The notes under the pieces are model-generated. The model was given only the letters and a program-made list of their open reading frames with translations, had not been told where the DNA came from and searched no databases. The translations under genes and the position numbers were made by a program. Positions 1-12,794 of a stretch of DNA of 64,000 bases are shown one piece after another. Each line of letters starts with the position of its first letter. The stretch's first letter is position 1. Source of the stretch: Felis catus (Eukaryota); contig NC_058368.1 in the NCBI RefSeq assembly GCF_018350175.1, positions 134,356,001-134,420,000 of the forward strand, read 5' to 3'.

Positions 1-19
1 GATGAAGGATGTTGAGTCC

Positions 20-480
20 CAGGACATCTTTTTCTAGCCATAATGAAGTAAAAGGGATCCATTTACCCTCCCACCTTAAATGATTAGGAAACCAGCAAAA
101 TATATAAAACAATGGTTTTCAGATATTGGACAAGAGTCCCTTTAGCAGTATGATCCTTCCAGAGAAGGAAAGAAACAAGATGTCTCAGTTTACCGCTTGG
201 AGGCAGGCCAAAAGCATACCTAGGGGGGATCAAACTGATCCATGGTAACATACCTGTATTTCAGAACAAAGTTGACTACTCTGTAAAGAAATACGGCTAA
301 ATCCAGGACCCTGCAGTAGGAATTCACAGTCACCACAATCCAGTCAAAAAATTACCAGCTATGCAAAGAAGCAGGGTATATGATCTATAAGCAGAAAGAA
401 AAATCAACTGTTAGAAGATGAACTGTAATAAAAACGAAACAGAAATAAAAGACATAAAATATAAGCCCCATTTTAAAAAA
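20..480 (+). mobile_element. Ancient L1M 5' region fragment
   Basis: A-rich; motifs such as aaaatatataaaacaatggttttcagatattggaca and aaaaattaccagctatgcaaagaagcagg resemble old L1M 5'UTR/ORF1-proximal sequence. Confidence 0.55.
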
Positions 481-1789
481 TATTAGGTTTAATAGATAAA
501 AAATTATTCTCTCAGGTTGCTGTAGTGGCTTCTAAATGTTTACTCCCAGCTTCTATTTTTATAGCTCCATGGGCTGGTAACAATTCACAGGCCATCACCC
601 CATCAATAGACGACATTTGCTGTAGCCCTGCTTAGACCAGTTTTGTTTTTAATTCCCGGCAGATTGACTTGGATACTTGGTAAGGGCACAATCTGCTTTT
701 GACTACGTTGCCATACAAAAGTCTAGTGTCTCTAAGTGAATTTCATATCTCAAGGAATTCCAGACAGAGTGGATCCCACCTCAATTGGTGTTCAGCACCA
801 TGCCAGACCCTGAGGGAACACCTGAGGTGTGGTCCTCAGAGTGAAGTGTGGCTGGGATATTTAGGAGAAGCCTAATTAGCAATGTCATTTTAGATAACTA
901 GAGACACAAGGTTTTAAGTAAAACCCTTCGGAGCCTAATTATTTCTTATTTTAGCATGAACTTTAGAGGAAACTACTAAATCATTCTGGAAATAGGTCCT
1001 CAGTTCACAAGATGCTGGGAGCTAATTATTTAATGCATTCAATTGCATGCATATTGTAACTGCAATATGCATTTTATTATGTACATTTCTGTAAAATGTA
1101 CATTTTATATTGGAAGAGCCCCTGCCGACCTCTAACCCGCTACCCCTATGAGGCAAATGTCCGTGGACACATTATTCCAGAAAAGAATGGAGTGTTTTAG
1201 GTTCTGTTAATTAGCAGCTTTCCTTTATACTCTCAAAGATTTCTTCTCAGCCTCTCCAGGTTCACTAGTTAACTAATACATGTTAACTATCTATAGCTGT
1301 ATGTCTCTGCATGTTTACTTATTTCATTTATTCAGATCTGCTCAAGAAATGTACAGTATCTGAGGGGTTAATTTAAAAATTACACAATTGGCCTCTGATA
1401 TAATTTTCTAGAAGACAGCACTGTTGAATTCAAGTTAGATAGTTTTTGTTATTTTCTGTGGCAAAAGCATATCTGCCTGAGGGCAAGGAGTAGGGTCCTT
1501 AGGTGTGGGCAGTGGAATCATTCAGCAAGTGCTGGTTGCCTCACATCTCCATCATTTACAGAGGCTCATCATTCTCTTTGGTTTCCCCCAGAATCATCAG
1601 GGTCCATTTCCTAGGATGGGGCCATTTTGATCTGTTGGTGAGGAAAACCATTAGGTGGCAGAGCACAGAGGGATGCCTGCCTTATCTGGGTGTTGGCACA
1701 TAGACCTCGAGTGCTCAGAAGAATGACAGAGGTCATGCCCTCCCTGGGCTAGGTCAGAAGTGAAAGAGTGCAAATGGTCTTTTCATTGT

Positions 1790-2153
1790 TTTCTTAACTT
1801 AAATTCAAGTTAGTTAACATGCAGTGTAGTCTTGCCTTTAGGAGGAGAACCCAGGGATTCATCTCTTACATATGACACACAGTGCTCATCCCAACAAGTC
1901 CCTTCCAATGCCTGTCACAAATTTAGTCTGTCCCCCCAACCAACACCCCTCCAGCCACCCTCAGTTTGTTCTCTGTATTGAAAAGTCTCTTATGGTTTGC
2001 CTCCCCCTCTGTCCTTATCTTATTTTCCTTTCCCTTCCCCTAAGTTCCTCTGTGTGTTTCTCAAATTCCACATATGAGTGAAATCATGTGATATCTGTCT
2101 TTCTCTGGCTGACTTATTTTGCTTAGCATAATACTTTCTAGTTCCATCCACGT
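1790..2153 (-). mobile_element. Carnivore L1 3' end fragment
   Basis: gttagttaacatgcagtgtagtc...caccctcagtttgttctctgtatt...tgagtgaaatcatgtgatatctgtctttctct, the L1_Carn/L1_Fc 3'UTR in reverse. Confidence 0.85.
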
Positions 2154-5100
2154 CGGGCCTGGTTAGTACTTTGATGGTCATCTTTTCATTTTGTAATCTC
2201 AAATCCATATCCCTTTATCCTCCTGGGCAAAATAGAATCTCACGGTGATTACAATCATGTCTTAGAGGATGCTCTGCCAAGATACATAAAGAGGTGTCTG
2301 TGACTTGGGCATTCATATCTGAAATGCTTGATGAGTGCCCAGCCCAGCTACAGCCTATCTGCACAACAGCACCTTTTCTGTTGTCAGTGAGACACTGATC
2401 TGTGGGTTGCTAAGTTTCTTTATGAGTTTCAGTAGGTGTTCCCTCTGTACATGTGGAAACTAAGGTGACGAGTGGCCACTAGGAATGAATGCTCTAATTA
2501 CTTTTGGTGACAGTAAATAAAATTAGTTAGAAATGGATCGGAAGTCTTGTCTATCAAGAAAGGACTCTTTTAGTTATCCTAAGGTCTGGCTAAATGGGCT
2601 TTCTGAAATGAGAATGTAATATTCCTCAGAGACTGAGTGTTCACATCGAATCACTTTCATTTAAAATAATCATTTAGGGGATGGAGGTGAACTCTGTGTT
2701 AACTAGAAGTGGCAAAAATTGGATAATAAGGACTTTATTTTTTGTTTGTTTGTTTGTTTGTTTCTCTGCCTCTTAGCTTTCCTCTTTGGCATTCTCTAAA
2801 CTTATATTATTGGTCACTTTTGTGTTGTTGTTTTTCCTTTCTTGACACCCTCAGCCAATCCCTTGGTTTCAAATATCACCATTGGTTTGTAAAAAAAACA
2901 ATCGAATCTCTCTTTACAGCTATGGACTTCCTGTTATATGAGTGAATAAATCTTTATCAGCTGAGCCATCTTGGTTTGGTTTTCTCTTGCTTGCCTCCAA
3001 AAGCATCTTGACTCTTTTTCTCCCTGAATAGGAGAATGAATCACCCTGAAGCCAACTCATGAGCATGTCACTATCATGGGCAGTAGTAATCTTTGGTAGT
3101 GCCCCACTCCCTACCAAAACACTGCAAATTTGTAATGTAGCATGTGAGACTTTCCTGAATTTTGTCCCAGCTTGCCTTTACAAGCTCATTTCTTATGTGC
3201 TTCATTTACATGGTTCCTTCTGGTGAATAAAACACTTTAAGAGCTGCAGGGGCTCAGGGAAGAGGGGCTCCCCAGCCTAACGGCTTTCTAGGCCCTGAAC
3301 CAAAGCCCACTCCCCCTCCCCTGCCCCCACTCCACCTCCAGGGACTGAACATGGAGCTAGCTGGTGTCAGCCCTTTTTTGACCTAGAAATTCACTTCTGT
3401 TTGGGAGACAGAGGTGATTTTAGAGAGTTCTTCTGTGTCCCATTTTAGAAAAAGGGCAACTCAAATGTCCTAAAAGGTGAGAATTGCTTCTGCAAATATG
3501 ACTCCTAGACCCCTGAATTCCAGGATCAGCAGGCTGTGCCCTCAAGATATGAGGTTCTCCCCTGGCAGCAGCAGACATACCCAGAGAATGGTGAAGCCGC
3601 AGGACCAGCTTCAGTGCATGGAAGAACAAAGAGAAACAAGGCATTCAGGTGGCCAGCATGAGGGGACGTAGCCAACAAGCATCCAGTCGCTGTCACACAG
3701 ATGTTTGGGCTGCAGTATGAGAAGAACTCAGAGAGCCTTTTCCTATTTGTGACTGCAAGCTCAGGAGTTCACCCAGTTCCTGTAACCCTAAGGGAGAAAC
3801 TCCCCACCATGAAAAGAGAATCAAGCAGTCTCCCTGCAGTGATGTCCTTTTCTGCAGACCCCCAGCTGGTTCCAAAGTTCTCTGAGCAGAGTAACCATGG
3901 AAACTAACCAGTCATCCCAGTCTCCTTCCCTCTTCCCCTTGTGACTCCAAGAATAGGGGTCATACCCCTCAAGTGCTCCTTGGGTCGCGTGAGATCATGG
4001 GTCTGAAGAATGCAACTGGAAGTGGTGTCAGGGGAATAAGGTATTTACACCTTCTCATTTGGTCCGAGAGCTCCTGGGGCTAAAGAAAGTAATCCTACTG
4101 ACCACAGGAAGTCCCAGGATTCTTAGCACACTGCACATTGATGACCATGTCAAATTCCATGACCCACAGGTCTTCCAGACCTTCCCATAGCCAGACTTTT
4201 CCAAATCCCACGCCTGCTCAGAAAGTGTTAGCCCAAAGGACGCATGTTTTCAGGCTGCAGAAGCTTCATTGAAGGTCAAGTTGAAACTGCCACTCCTTTC
4301 CAAGCCCAGGACATTCTTAGCAGCAAGTGAGAGAGAGAACCAAAGCCTCTCTGAACACACAGATACTTGCCTTTGGAATGACCTAAAACCTCTTATACAA
4401 TAGCCCCCACATCCAGTCATCCAGGGCTGTAATTCCTTTCTGAATGCCAGCTGCCCCAACTCTGTGTTCTGGCACCAGTACCCAAACTTGCTGCCCCCAT
4501 GTGTCCCTGGCCTAGGACAGGCCTAGGGTAGAAAACAAACTGGTTCTTTCTGTGGGCAGCCTGGCCAGCTCTACTCCCCTGCTGTTCTATGATATTGGGA
4601 CAAATACATTCGATGTCCACAAACCAAGCAGTTATCTCTGTCTCCTACTAGGGCAATAGCTCTTTGGCAAATTCTTATATCTTCCTCCCTGCCTCCAGCC
4701 CCTCTACTAGTGCTGGATGGAGATACCCCCCACCCTGGGAGAGAACCCAGACAGATTGTCTCATGAGTAGTCTGGAGCATCATTAGCACTCCTTTCAAAC
4801 TCTCAAATATCTAGCATATGTTTTTCTGTAATGAGAAAATACTCACAGTAGCACAAACAATACAGAATGCTGGGGTACACATGTAACTCCCAAGAAACCA
4901 TAGTTTATACTATGATAGTTCAATACCAAAGCCCAGGTAAGGGACTTGGGCCCCAGACACATGTGGCAGCTCTACTTGTCCTTGTAGGATATAGAGATGT
5001 GTCCTTTTCTCCAGATGACCTGGTTTCACCTTCTATGAACTCTCAGTCTGGGCCCATAGAACCCAACCACTCAGATCATAGGAATCCTGAGCAGATAGTT

Positions 5101-7370
5101 TGGCTGAAATTACAGGAGGAGTTTTTATAAAGAATAGAAGAGAAATCAGGGACAAGTGGTTATTCTACCATACTCCCTCCAGAATATGAAAATTTATTAA
5201 CAGGGACTTCGGAACCAGTCCAGAGATTCTCCTTTGTTAGCAGATGACTCCTAATGAAAGCTAGGTATTTGGGCAAGAAAAGCCATCTTCTTATGGTATC
5301 ACTATGCCACACTCTCTGCTCCTAGGGGCACTTCCCTCAACCCCAAGATGTCAGGGGCCAGATATGCCTCCTTGGATTTGCAGAAATGATAAGCTTAGAA
5401 ATGGAGAGGGCAGATGTCCCCAGTTGTTCATCTAGACCTGGTCTTTATGTGGTCACTGGGCCAGACAATATGTCAAAAATCCCAGATGATTGAAACTTCT
5501 TTCCTGACCAAACCATCTTCAGTGGTCTTGACTGAGGGGAGCACTTCCACAATTCTCAAAAGTTGTCTGCAGAGCATTTTCAACAGCAGTTGGCAAAGAA
5601 ATGCCCAGGCCTTCTCCCTGGGATAAGCATGGCAGGCATCAAGCACAGCATGGAGATGACCAGGATGATCCCAGGATCTGAATGAACATTTCCATCTTCC
5701 GTCTAAGTATTACTGGGGATGACATTCCAAAAGCAGTGCCCCACAGATGGGCCCTGGTTGGGATTTGAATTTGGGATGGTCCATAATGTCATGAAGGGAG
5801 ATGTCAATTTAAATGTCAACACAGGATCCAACTCTCAGATGATACCTTAAAAGATGAGAGGCTTGGTGTGACCTGGAGAGATGATGAATTACACTCAGGT
5901 GGCTCCAAGATGCTGCCTGCTTAGCAGAAGATGGTTTCCCTGCCATCTGGTGAGCACCCTCAGCAGGAGTAAGGCGTGGACTTCAGGCCATTCCCTCCTG
6001 TGTCTCAAGGTCCAGGAAGCAACAATTATTTGCAAAATATCAGTCAATCAGACCCATCAAAGAACTAATAGCCATCTTTGTCATAGTCACTGCTACCTGT
6101 CAGTTCTTCTAGAAACCCCATTAGCCTCAACACAGCTCCTCCAGTTTGATACAGCCAGGGCAGAAGTCCATGAATAAATCCCTGGCAGGCTCCCATGTGC
6201 ATTCTGCTTGTATGAATTCTTTGAAACCTCCTACTATGTGCAGTCTAGTCATCGATGCTGAACTTGGCCTTGGGGGACCTCAAGCTTCTCCAGATCCTGC
6301 TGTATGTGGTGGGCCAGACATTGGTACTTGAATTAAATAACCCCATCTTAGGATTTGCTGCAACTCTGCTCGTTGATCTGCTTCTGTGAAAAATCTAGAT
6401 GTCTTCTCTCTAGCCTCCAGAGCCCTTCCTTTCCCAAACCTGCTCTCCATGATGATGTTTTGAATATCCAAGTTTGTAATATCCACTTCTCCCAGACTGT
6501 ACCATCATACCATCAAGACTGCAGTTGACTTAGATGACAACTCCCCTCTAACTCTTACACCCAACCTGCCATCAATGACCCAGCAACTTTTCACTCCAAC
6601 CATATGTCCTTCTTGAATGCCATGGAAATCAACATGCTTTTCAGTGGGGCCTGACTTGATTTCATACAAACCTATCATGGGTCATGGGTCCCAGGTGTCT
6701 TCAATGACACCTCAAGGACACACATGTTTTCCCAGGGGTTTCCTCCAGTATGAATCTCTTCCATAGCAGGTACCATTTCTTTACCATGGCCTGAGTGGAG
6801 GCAGGGGAACTTTCCTCCTGCCTCCCATTGGTGTTCCAAAAGACCATCCCAGTAACCTACCTCAAAAATTCAACAGGGGTATCTCCTTGCAAGCCTGAAG
6901 GCCCTAGGGGTCTTGACTGCTTCACTATACAGAGGAATGGCGTGCTTTCTGTGTTTATGGACCCAGATCTCTAGGAGGTCATAGAATTAGAACTGGCCTT
7001 TATTACTCCATCTGAGAAGCCTAGTTCAGACACTTAAATAGTTCCCCTAAGGAGAAGTCTCAGGCCATAAACAGCAAGGGGGTCCTAAAGCTGGGTTCCT
7101 GGGTTTTTGCACAGAGTATAATAGCAAACCAGTCTTCAAATGGCACTAGAATTACCTGGAATGGTGGGTCTGGAGTCACTAGAAATTCTGGCCATCCTTC
7201 CAGGTACAGGCCCATCCATGCCAGACCTTAGCCCAATGAAATCACTGACCTCTCTTAAGTAAAAGCAAAGTGTTAATAAAATGCCCCCCCCCCCAAAAAA
7301 AGGAAAGGATAAAGAGAAAAAGAAATTAAGTTATGAAAAGTTGCATATAGGGTAGGGATAGCAAGGAAAT

Positions 7371-7406
<36 letters not shown>

Positions 7407-7413
7407 GAAGTTT

Positions 7414-7672
7414 AGGAACACCTGAGTGGTTCAATGGGTTGAATGTCTGACTCTTGATTTCAGTTCATGTCGTGATCCCAAGATCCTATGGTCAAACTCT
7501 GCACCGGGCTCCACACTGTGTGCAGCCTGCTTAAGATTCTCTCTTTCTCCCTTCCTCTACCCCTCTCTCCTGCTCACGCAAGCTCGCTCTCTCTCTCTCT
7601 TTCTCTCTCTCTCATAAATACATAAATACATACATACATACATAAAAAGTAAGTAAATACATAAATTAAAAA
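7414..7672 (+). mobile_element. Older Can-SINE (SINEC)
   Basis: tRNA-like head (cacctgagtggttcaatgggttgaatgtctgactcttgatttcag), (CT)n, A-rich tail; degenerate TSD gaagtttagga/gaaatttagga. Confidence 0.85.
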
Positions 7673-8780
7673 AAAGAAATTTAGGACATTTGCTTTTCAG
7701 TTTAAGCACTGCTCAGCACTGTCCCCCTCTCTAAATATACAAATAGAGCTTCCTCACCCTTCGCCATCTGCTCCTTAAGTGTTTCCTTCCCTATGCCTGC
7801 CCTCCACCCTGGTCTGTTCTTCTCTTGCTGCCTGCTTCCCCCCGGCTGCTACAGTGGGCAGTATTATTTTGGGAAGATGAATCCAGCAGGAGCTTCTCTC
7901 CCCAGCACAGCGTCCTCCTGGTTTGGGGAGGCGGGATGAGGTCTGTCTTTGGGGTGCTCTGTGCCTTTTTTCTCCCTTGTGACTTTATTCACTACCTTCC
8001 TTAGCCCCTCACTCTCGTTGTCTGTTCTCCTTTTCTTCAGAATTCCCAGGTGAATTTTATTAATGTAGGAGTGGAACAGATGCTAAAAGTTATCCAGGAT
8101 TTTGTTTGTGTTTTCGCATTTTTGAATTTTGTGGTTACTTCTCTTTCTTCCTCCTCCCACTCACAAAGCATTCTGTGTAACTTCCATTAAATTTGTTATA
8201 AAACCACTTGCTGGGGCTGTGGCATGAGAAGAAGGAAATACACTGTTTCTTATAAGATTTTTTACTTTAAGTCTCAATCAAAAACTGACTTCCTTGAGAC
8301 TCTTCCTGGTCTCCCTGGGAAGACCAAATGCCATTTTCCTTTGGAACTTGCTACTGATATCTAACACTTTCTTCTGCACCCCCTTCGCTTTTTAAAATCT
8401 TTCCTATAAGCTGAAGCTGTATGAGAGTTGGGTCTGAGTCTGATTCAACTTTGGATGCTCTGCAGTGTTTTGCATATAGACGTTCATTGAATGTTAGGCA
8501 GATGTGTAAATTTTTTTTCTTTAACCACTTTAAATTATCCCTCACATGGGGGATGGTGGAGGAAGCAACGAAAACAAGTTGGGACATGATACTCAATTTA
8601 TGAAATTAGAAAAAAAAAAAAAAAAGGATCCCGAAAGAGGATATAACCTGAGCTATAAATAGCTTCAGAGAAACCAAGCAGCAGATAGATGACAGAGGTA
8701 TTTCCAAGAGCTTACAAGGTGCTGAGGGTAAAAAGCTAGTCTTCCTAAAAAAGTGAGAGAAGATGATCAGATTGCTTCTT

Positions 8781-9003
8781 TTAAAAAAAAAATTTAATGT
8801 TTATTTATTTTTGAGAGAGAGAGAGAGAGAGAGACAGTATGAGTGGGGGAGGGGCAGAGACAGCGGGAGACACAGAATCCGAAGCAGGCTCCAGGCTCTG
8901 AGCTGTCAGCAAAGGGACTGACGTGGGGCTTGAATTTATGAATCAGGAGATCATGACATGAGCCTAAGTCAGATGCTCAACCAACTAAGCCACCTAGGCA
9001 CCC
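8781..9003 (-). mobile_element. SINEC_Fc
   Basis: Reverse SINEC body (gacacagaatccgaagcaggctccaggctctgagctgtcagc); TSD agattgcttctttt at 8769 and 9005. Confidence 0.95.
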
Positions 9004-9014
9004 TAGATTGCTTC

Positions 9015-9016
<2 letters not shown>

Positions 9017-9066
<50 letters not shown>

Positions 9067-9434
9067 TTATTGACAAATTGGTTTCCATACAACACCCAGT
9101 GCTCATCCCAAAAGGTGCCCTCCTCAATACCCATCCCCCACCCTCTCCTCCCTCCCACCCCCCATCAACCCTCAGTTTGTTCTCAGTTTTTAAAGAGTCT
9201 CTCATGCTTTGGCTCTCTCCCACTCTAACCTCTTTTTTTTTTTCCTTCCCCTCCCCCAAGGGTTTCTGTCAAGTTTCTCAGGATCCACATAAGAGTGAAA
9301 CCATATGGTATCTGTCTTTCTCTGTATGGCTTATTTCACTTAGCATCACACTCTCCAGTTCCATCCACGTTGCTACAAAAGGCCCTATTTCATTTTTTCT
9401 CATTGCCACGTAGAATTCCATTGTGTATATAAAC
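9017..9434 (-). mobile_element. Young felid L1 3' end, 5'-truncated, with (TA)n tail
   Basis: gaaatttattgacaaattggtttccatacaacacccagtgctcatcccaaaagg...; TSD gattgcttctt at 9006 and 9435. Confidence 0.9.
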
Positions 9435-9477
9435 GATTGCTTCTTAACAGTGCAGCTAGGCAATATTGGGGTTATTG

Positions 9478-10047
9478 TGTATCTTCATCTGTCCAGGCTG
9501 CTGTAATAAAATACCACAATAGAATGAGTGGCTTCAAGTAACATTTGTCCCTCACAGTTTTACAGGCCCAAGGTCCAACATCAAGACCCTAGGATATTTG
9601 GTGTCTGGTGCAGTTTGCTTTCTGGTTCACCAATGGCTGTCCCCTCACTGTGTCCTCACCATATGCCCTTCCTGAATGCCATGGGAAACAACATTTTTTT
9701 CAGTGGGGCCCGACTTGATGTCACATAAACCTATCATGGGTCATGGGTCTCGGGGATCTTCAATGGCACCCTGAGGACACATGGGTTTTCCCAGCGGTTC
9801 TCTCTAGTGTTAATCTCTTCCGTAGCAGGTACCATTTCTTTACAATGGCCTGAGTGGAGGCAGAGGAACTTTCCAACAGACAGAAGGGGCTGGGGTCTCT
9901 TTTATGAAAGCAATAATCCCATTCATGGACCCCATGGATCCATAGATTGGATCACCTCTCATAGATCCCACCTCCTAAAACCAGTGTCCTGAGGAGTAGG
10001 TTTCAACATATGATTTTGGGCGAGACACAAACATTCGGTCTATAACA
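9478..10047 (-). mobile_element. MaLR MLT1A-like solo LTR interrupted by a 215-bp insertion
   Basis: tgtatcttcatctgtccaggctgctgtaataaaataccac...gacacaaacattcggtctataaca; TG...CA termini. Confidence 0.8.
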
Positions 10048-10402
10048 TTGTGTGTGGTTCTGCCCTGGCTCCAAAAACCACCCACAGCCGCATCAGATCA
10101 AGTGAAAAATGAAAAGCCATGCTGATGATAGCCCTATGCTGCCAATGGATCCTCTTAAAGCTGGGGAAGCCGGGATTTAAGTATCATTCTTTTTCACACT
10201 GTTTCTCAAGAAAAGTTGGAGGTTAAAATTTTGTCAGGTTCACTGGCATTACAAAATGATTCTTTTGTGGCATCCCCAAATTATTTTCTTATTCAAAGTA
10301 GCTTATTTCTGCCAGTCCCTGTTTAGTTAAATGAGGGCTTGGAAGTACAGTTGCCTATAGAGAAGAGAAGAAGGCCTGTGTATCTCTCTGTTTCAGAAAA
10401 TA

Positions 10403-10588
10403 CAGTTACCCTTGAACAACACGGGTTTGAACTCTGTGGGTCCACTGATAGACAGATTTCTATTTTATCAATACAGTGGGGAACTGCAAATGTATTTTCC
10501 CTCCCTTATGATTTTCTTGATAACAATTTCTTTTCTCTAGCTTACTTTAAGTATATAATATATCCTATAAAAATAGGATGAGAATATC

Positions 10589-10628
<40 letters not shown>

Positions 10629-10745
10629 TGCAAAATATGTGTTAATCAACTGTTTGTGTTATCAGGAAGGCTTATTGGTAGTCGTTAAGTTTTGGGGAGT
10701 CAAGAGTTATATGCATATTTTCAACTATTTTTCCAGAGTAAACTG
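10403..10745 (+). mobile_element. Tigger2a-like non-autonomous Tc1/mariner element with internal (TA)n
   Basis: Left TIR cagttacccttgaacaacacgggtttgaac, degenerate right TIR ttttccagagtaaactg, TA on both flanks. Confidence 0.8.
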
Positions 10746-10876
10746 TATTTTGAGTGCATGCCTACTACTTTTTGTGGCCGTCTTTTTTTTTTTTTAGCAT
10801 ATGTTTTCTGCACTGTATTTTTATTTACATTTAAGAATGAATGTTCTGAAGACTCTTCATTTTTAAAATTTTTTGG

Positions 10877-11053
10877 GAGGGCACCTGGGTGGCTCAGTCT
10901 GGGCATCCAACTTCAGCTCAGGTCATGATCTCACGGATCATGGGTTCGAGTCCCGCATCCGGCTCTGTGCTGACAGCTCAGGGCCTGGAGCCTGCTTCAG
11001 ATTCCGTGTGTCCCTGTCTCTCTGCTCCGCCCCTGCTCACACACACACACACA

Positions 11054-11088
<35 letters not shown>

Positions 11089-11121
11089 AAAAATAAACAT
11101 TTAAAAAAATTCTAAAAATAA
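10877..11121 (+). mobile_element. SINEC_Fc
   Basis: gggcacctgggtggctcagtc head, (CA)n(CT)n, A-rich tail. Confidence 0.95.
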
Positions 11122-12757
11122 ATTTTTTTTTAATTAAACTTGTTTAGGCATTATGACGACAGTAATCCAGAATTAGTCACAGGCAAATGGATACAATAAA
11201 TATGTGCTTTTAAGAAATCTCATGTCCAAGATTCTTAGCTTCTAAATGCACCAATAACGAGGAAGCCCCATGACACTGATGCTATGGGCACCAAACGCAA
11301 GCTACTGCCAGTTCACCAGAGTTTGGCCCTCTCCTGGGTCTAATGCTCTCTAGATATTCACAGGGGCACTCACCTTAAGTAAACACAACTTATGAAAATT
11401 TTAACTTGTCAAAGAGAAAAGCTGGCAGAAGGACATATCGGCTCAAGGAAGGGATCCTTTGCTCAGTCAGTACTTTAATTAAAAACTTTCTTTAGAGCAC
11501 TTTCAAGTTTGAAAAACATTATTTCTCAGGAACTCTGGATTTTCTGGAAAGGTGATGTACCTGTAGTCTCTTCGCTGTTCTAGCAGAGACCTTGGCAATT
11601 TCGGAAGCTAGTTAGAAGTAGAATAAACAGCTAACAATCTGTGCGATGTACTGTGTGGCTCTTGAGTCCAGAACAAGAAACCAAAGGAAAAAAGTAACTC
11701 TTGTAGCACTGATTTGTGGTGAATCCATTTGGAGCCTCAAAAAAGCTGTTTTGTTTTGCTCCTGGGGAAATCATGTTAAGCAGCCTACTCCATGTAAAGT
11801 AGTTTGGGTTTCTGTGAAGAAAGAACATATCGTTGGGTCTGGCAGAGAAGCATATTACTAGGGAAAAATCGGATCATCAGAGAATATTGCAGCTTAAATG
11901 GTCCTTAGCATTTTCTTAATGAGTCCAAATCTTTCATATTGTAGATGCAGAAAGTGTGGTGGGCATCTTAGTTTTGTCTGCCAGGCAGGTCTTCTCTGTT
12001 CTCGTCAGCATTAAAAGATGGGCTCGCTTTCAATGAAGAGCTCCAAAGGGTTATGTGGCATTATTCGCCTCATTGGTACAAGTTTTTTGAGGCGGTTCCT
12101 CTGGAGGTTCTTCACTCAGGTCATACCAGGGACATGCAAGTTTGGCATGTACACTGGGTACCAGGGAAAAGCAGTTCATCATGTGAATTGAAAGAATGCT
12201 CCACGTTTATGGTCGTCATCCAATGAAGCAAGTTTTTGATTTTGTGTGTGTGTGTTTTGAATCACTTTGCTTTGGCCCAGGGTGGGGTAGAACAGAGAAT
12301 GGAGTTACAAATTAAGTGGCATAATCCTGCATTGACAGACGTACAAATTTAAATGTAGCTTTGGGTGTGAGTTAGTGTGTGTAACATCTGAGTCACCCAG
12401 TTCTTCTTCTTAGTTTTCTTCTTAGACTTCCTTTTATAGTCCACCCTAAAAAATGAGAGATAAAACGTTCTCTGGGTTGAGATCCAGGTCTCATATTCTG
12501 ATCTACAAAGATGCAGAATTGAATTTGCTGCAGTGGCATGTTATAGAGATATGTTCTATCTGGAAAATAAATAAGATATTTCTGTTAAAAATAGATACAG
12601 AGATTAGTGGTGGAGAACACTCATTAAGTTTGTAGTCTGGGTTAATTTCATTTAAGAGTTCCAGGAGTTATGAGGCTTAGTGACAGGTTACAGAAATATT
12701 TGGAGGATAAAGAGCTCATCAAATCCAGAAAAAAATACAAGGGCTTTAAGGACTTTT

Positions 12758-12759
<2 letters not shown>

Positions 12760-12794
<35 letters not shown>

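Noticed and set aside
5414..6331. Chain of plus-strand ORFs (70, 98 and 61 aa)
   Set aside because: No recognisable domains or consistent splice structure
8958..9413. 151-aa ORF, and similar long ORFs at 47896, 51550 and 17837
   Set aside because: They run through SINE, L1, LTR or microsatellite sequence (YIYIYI, ERERER, AQSVKRLASAQVM); repeat-derived, not genes
11971..12225. 85-codon open frame (DGLAFNEELQRVMWHYSPHWYKFF...) near an acceptor-like site
   Set aside because: No recognisable protein similarity and no good donor site; the length is within chance expectation
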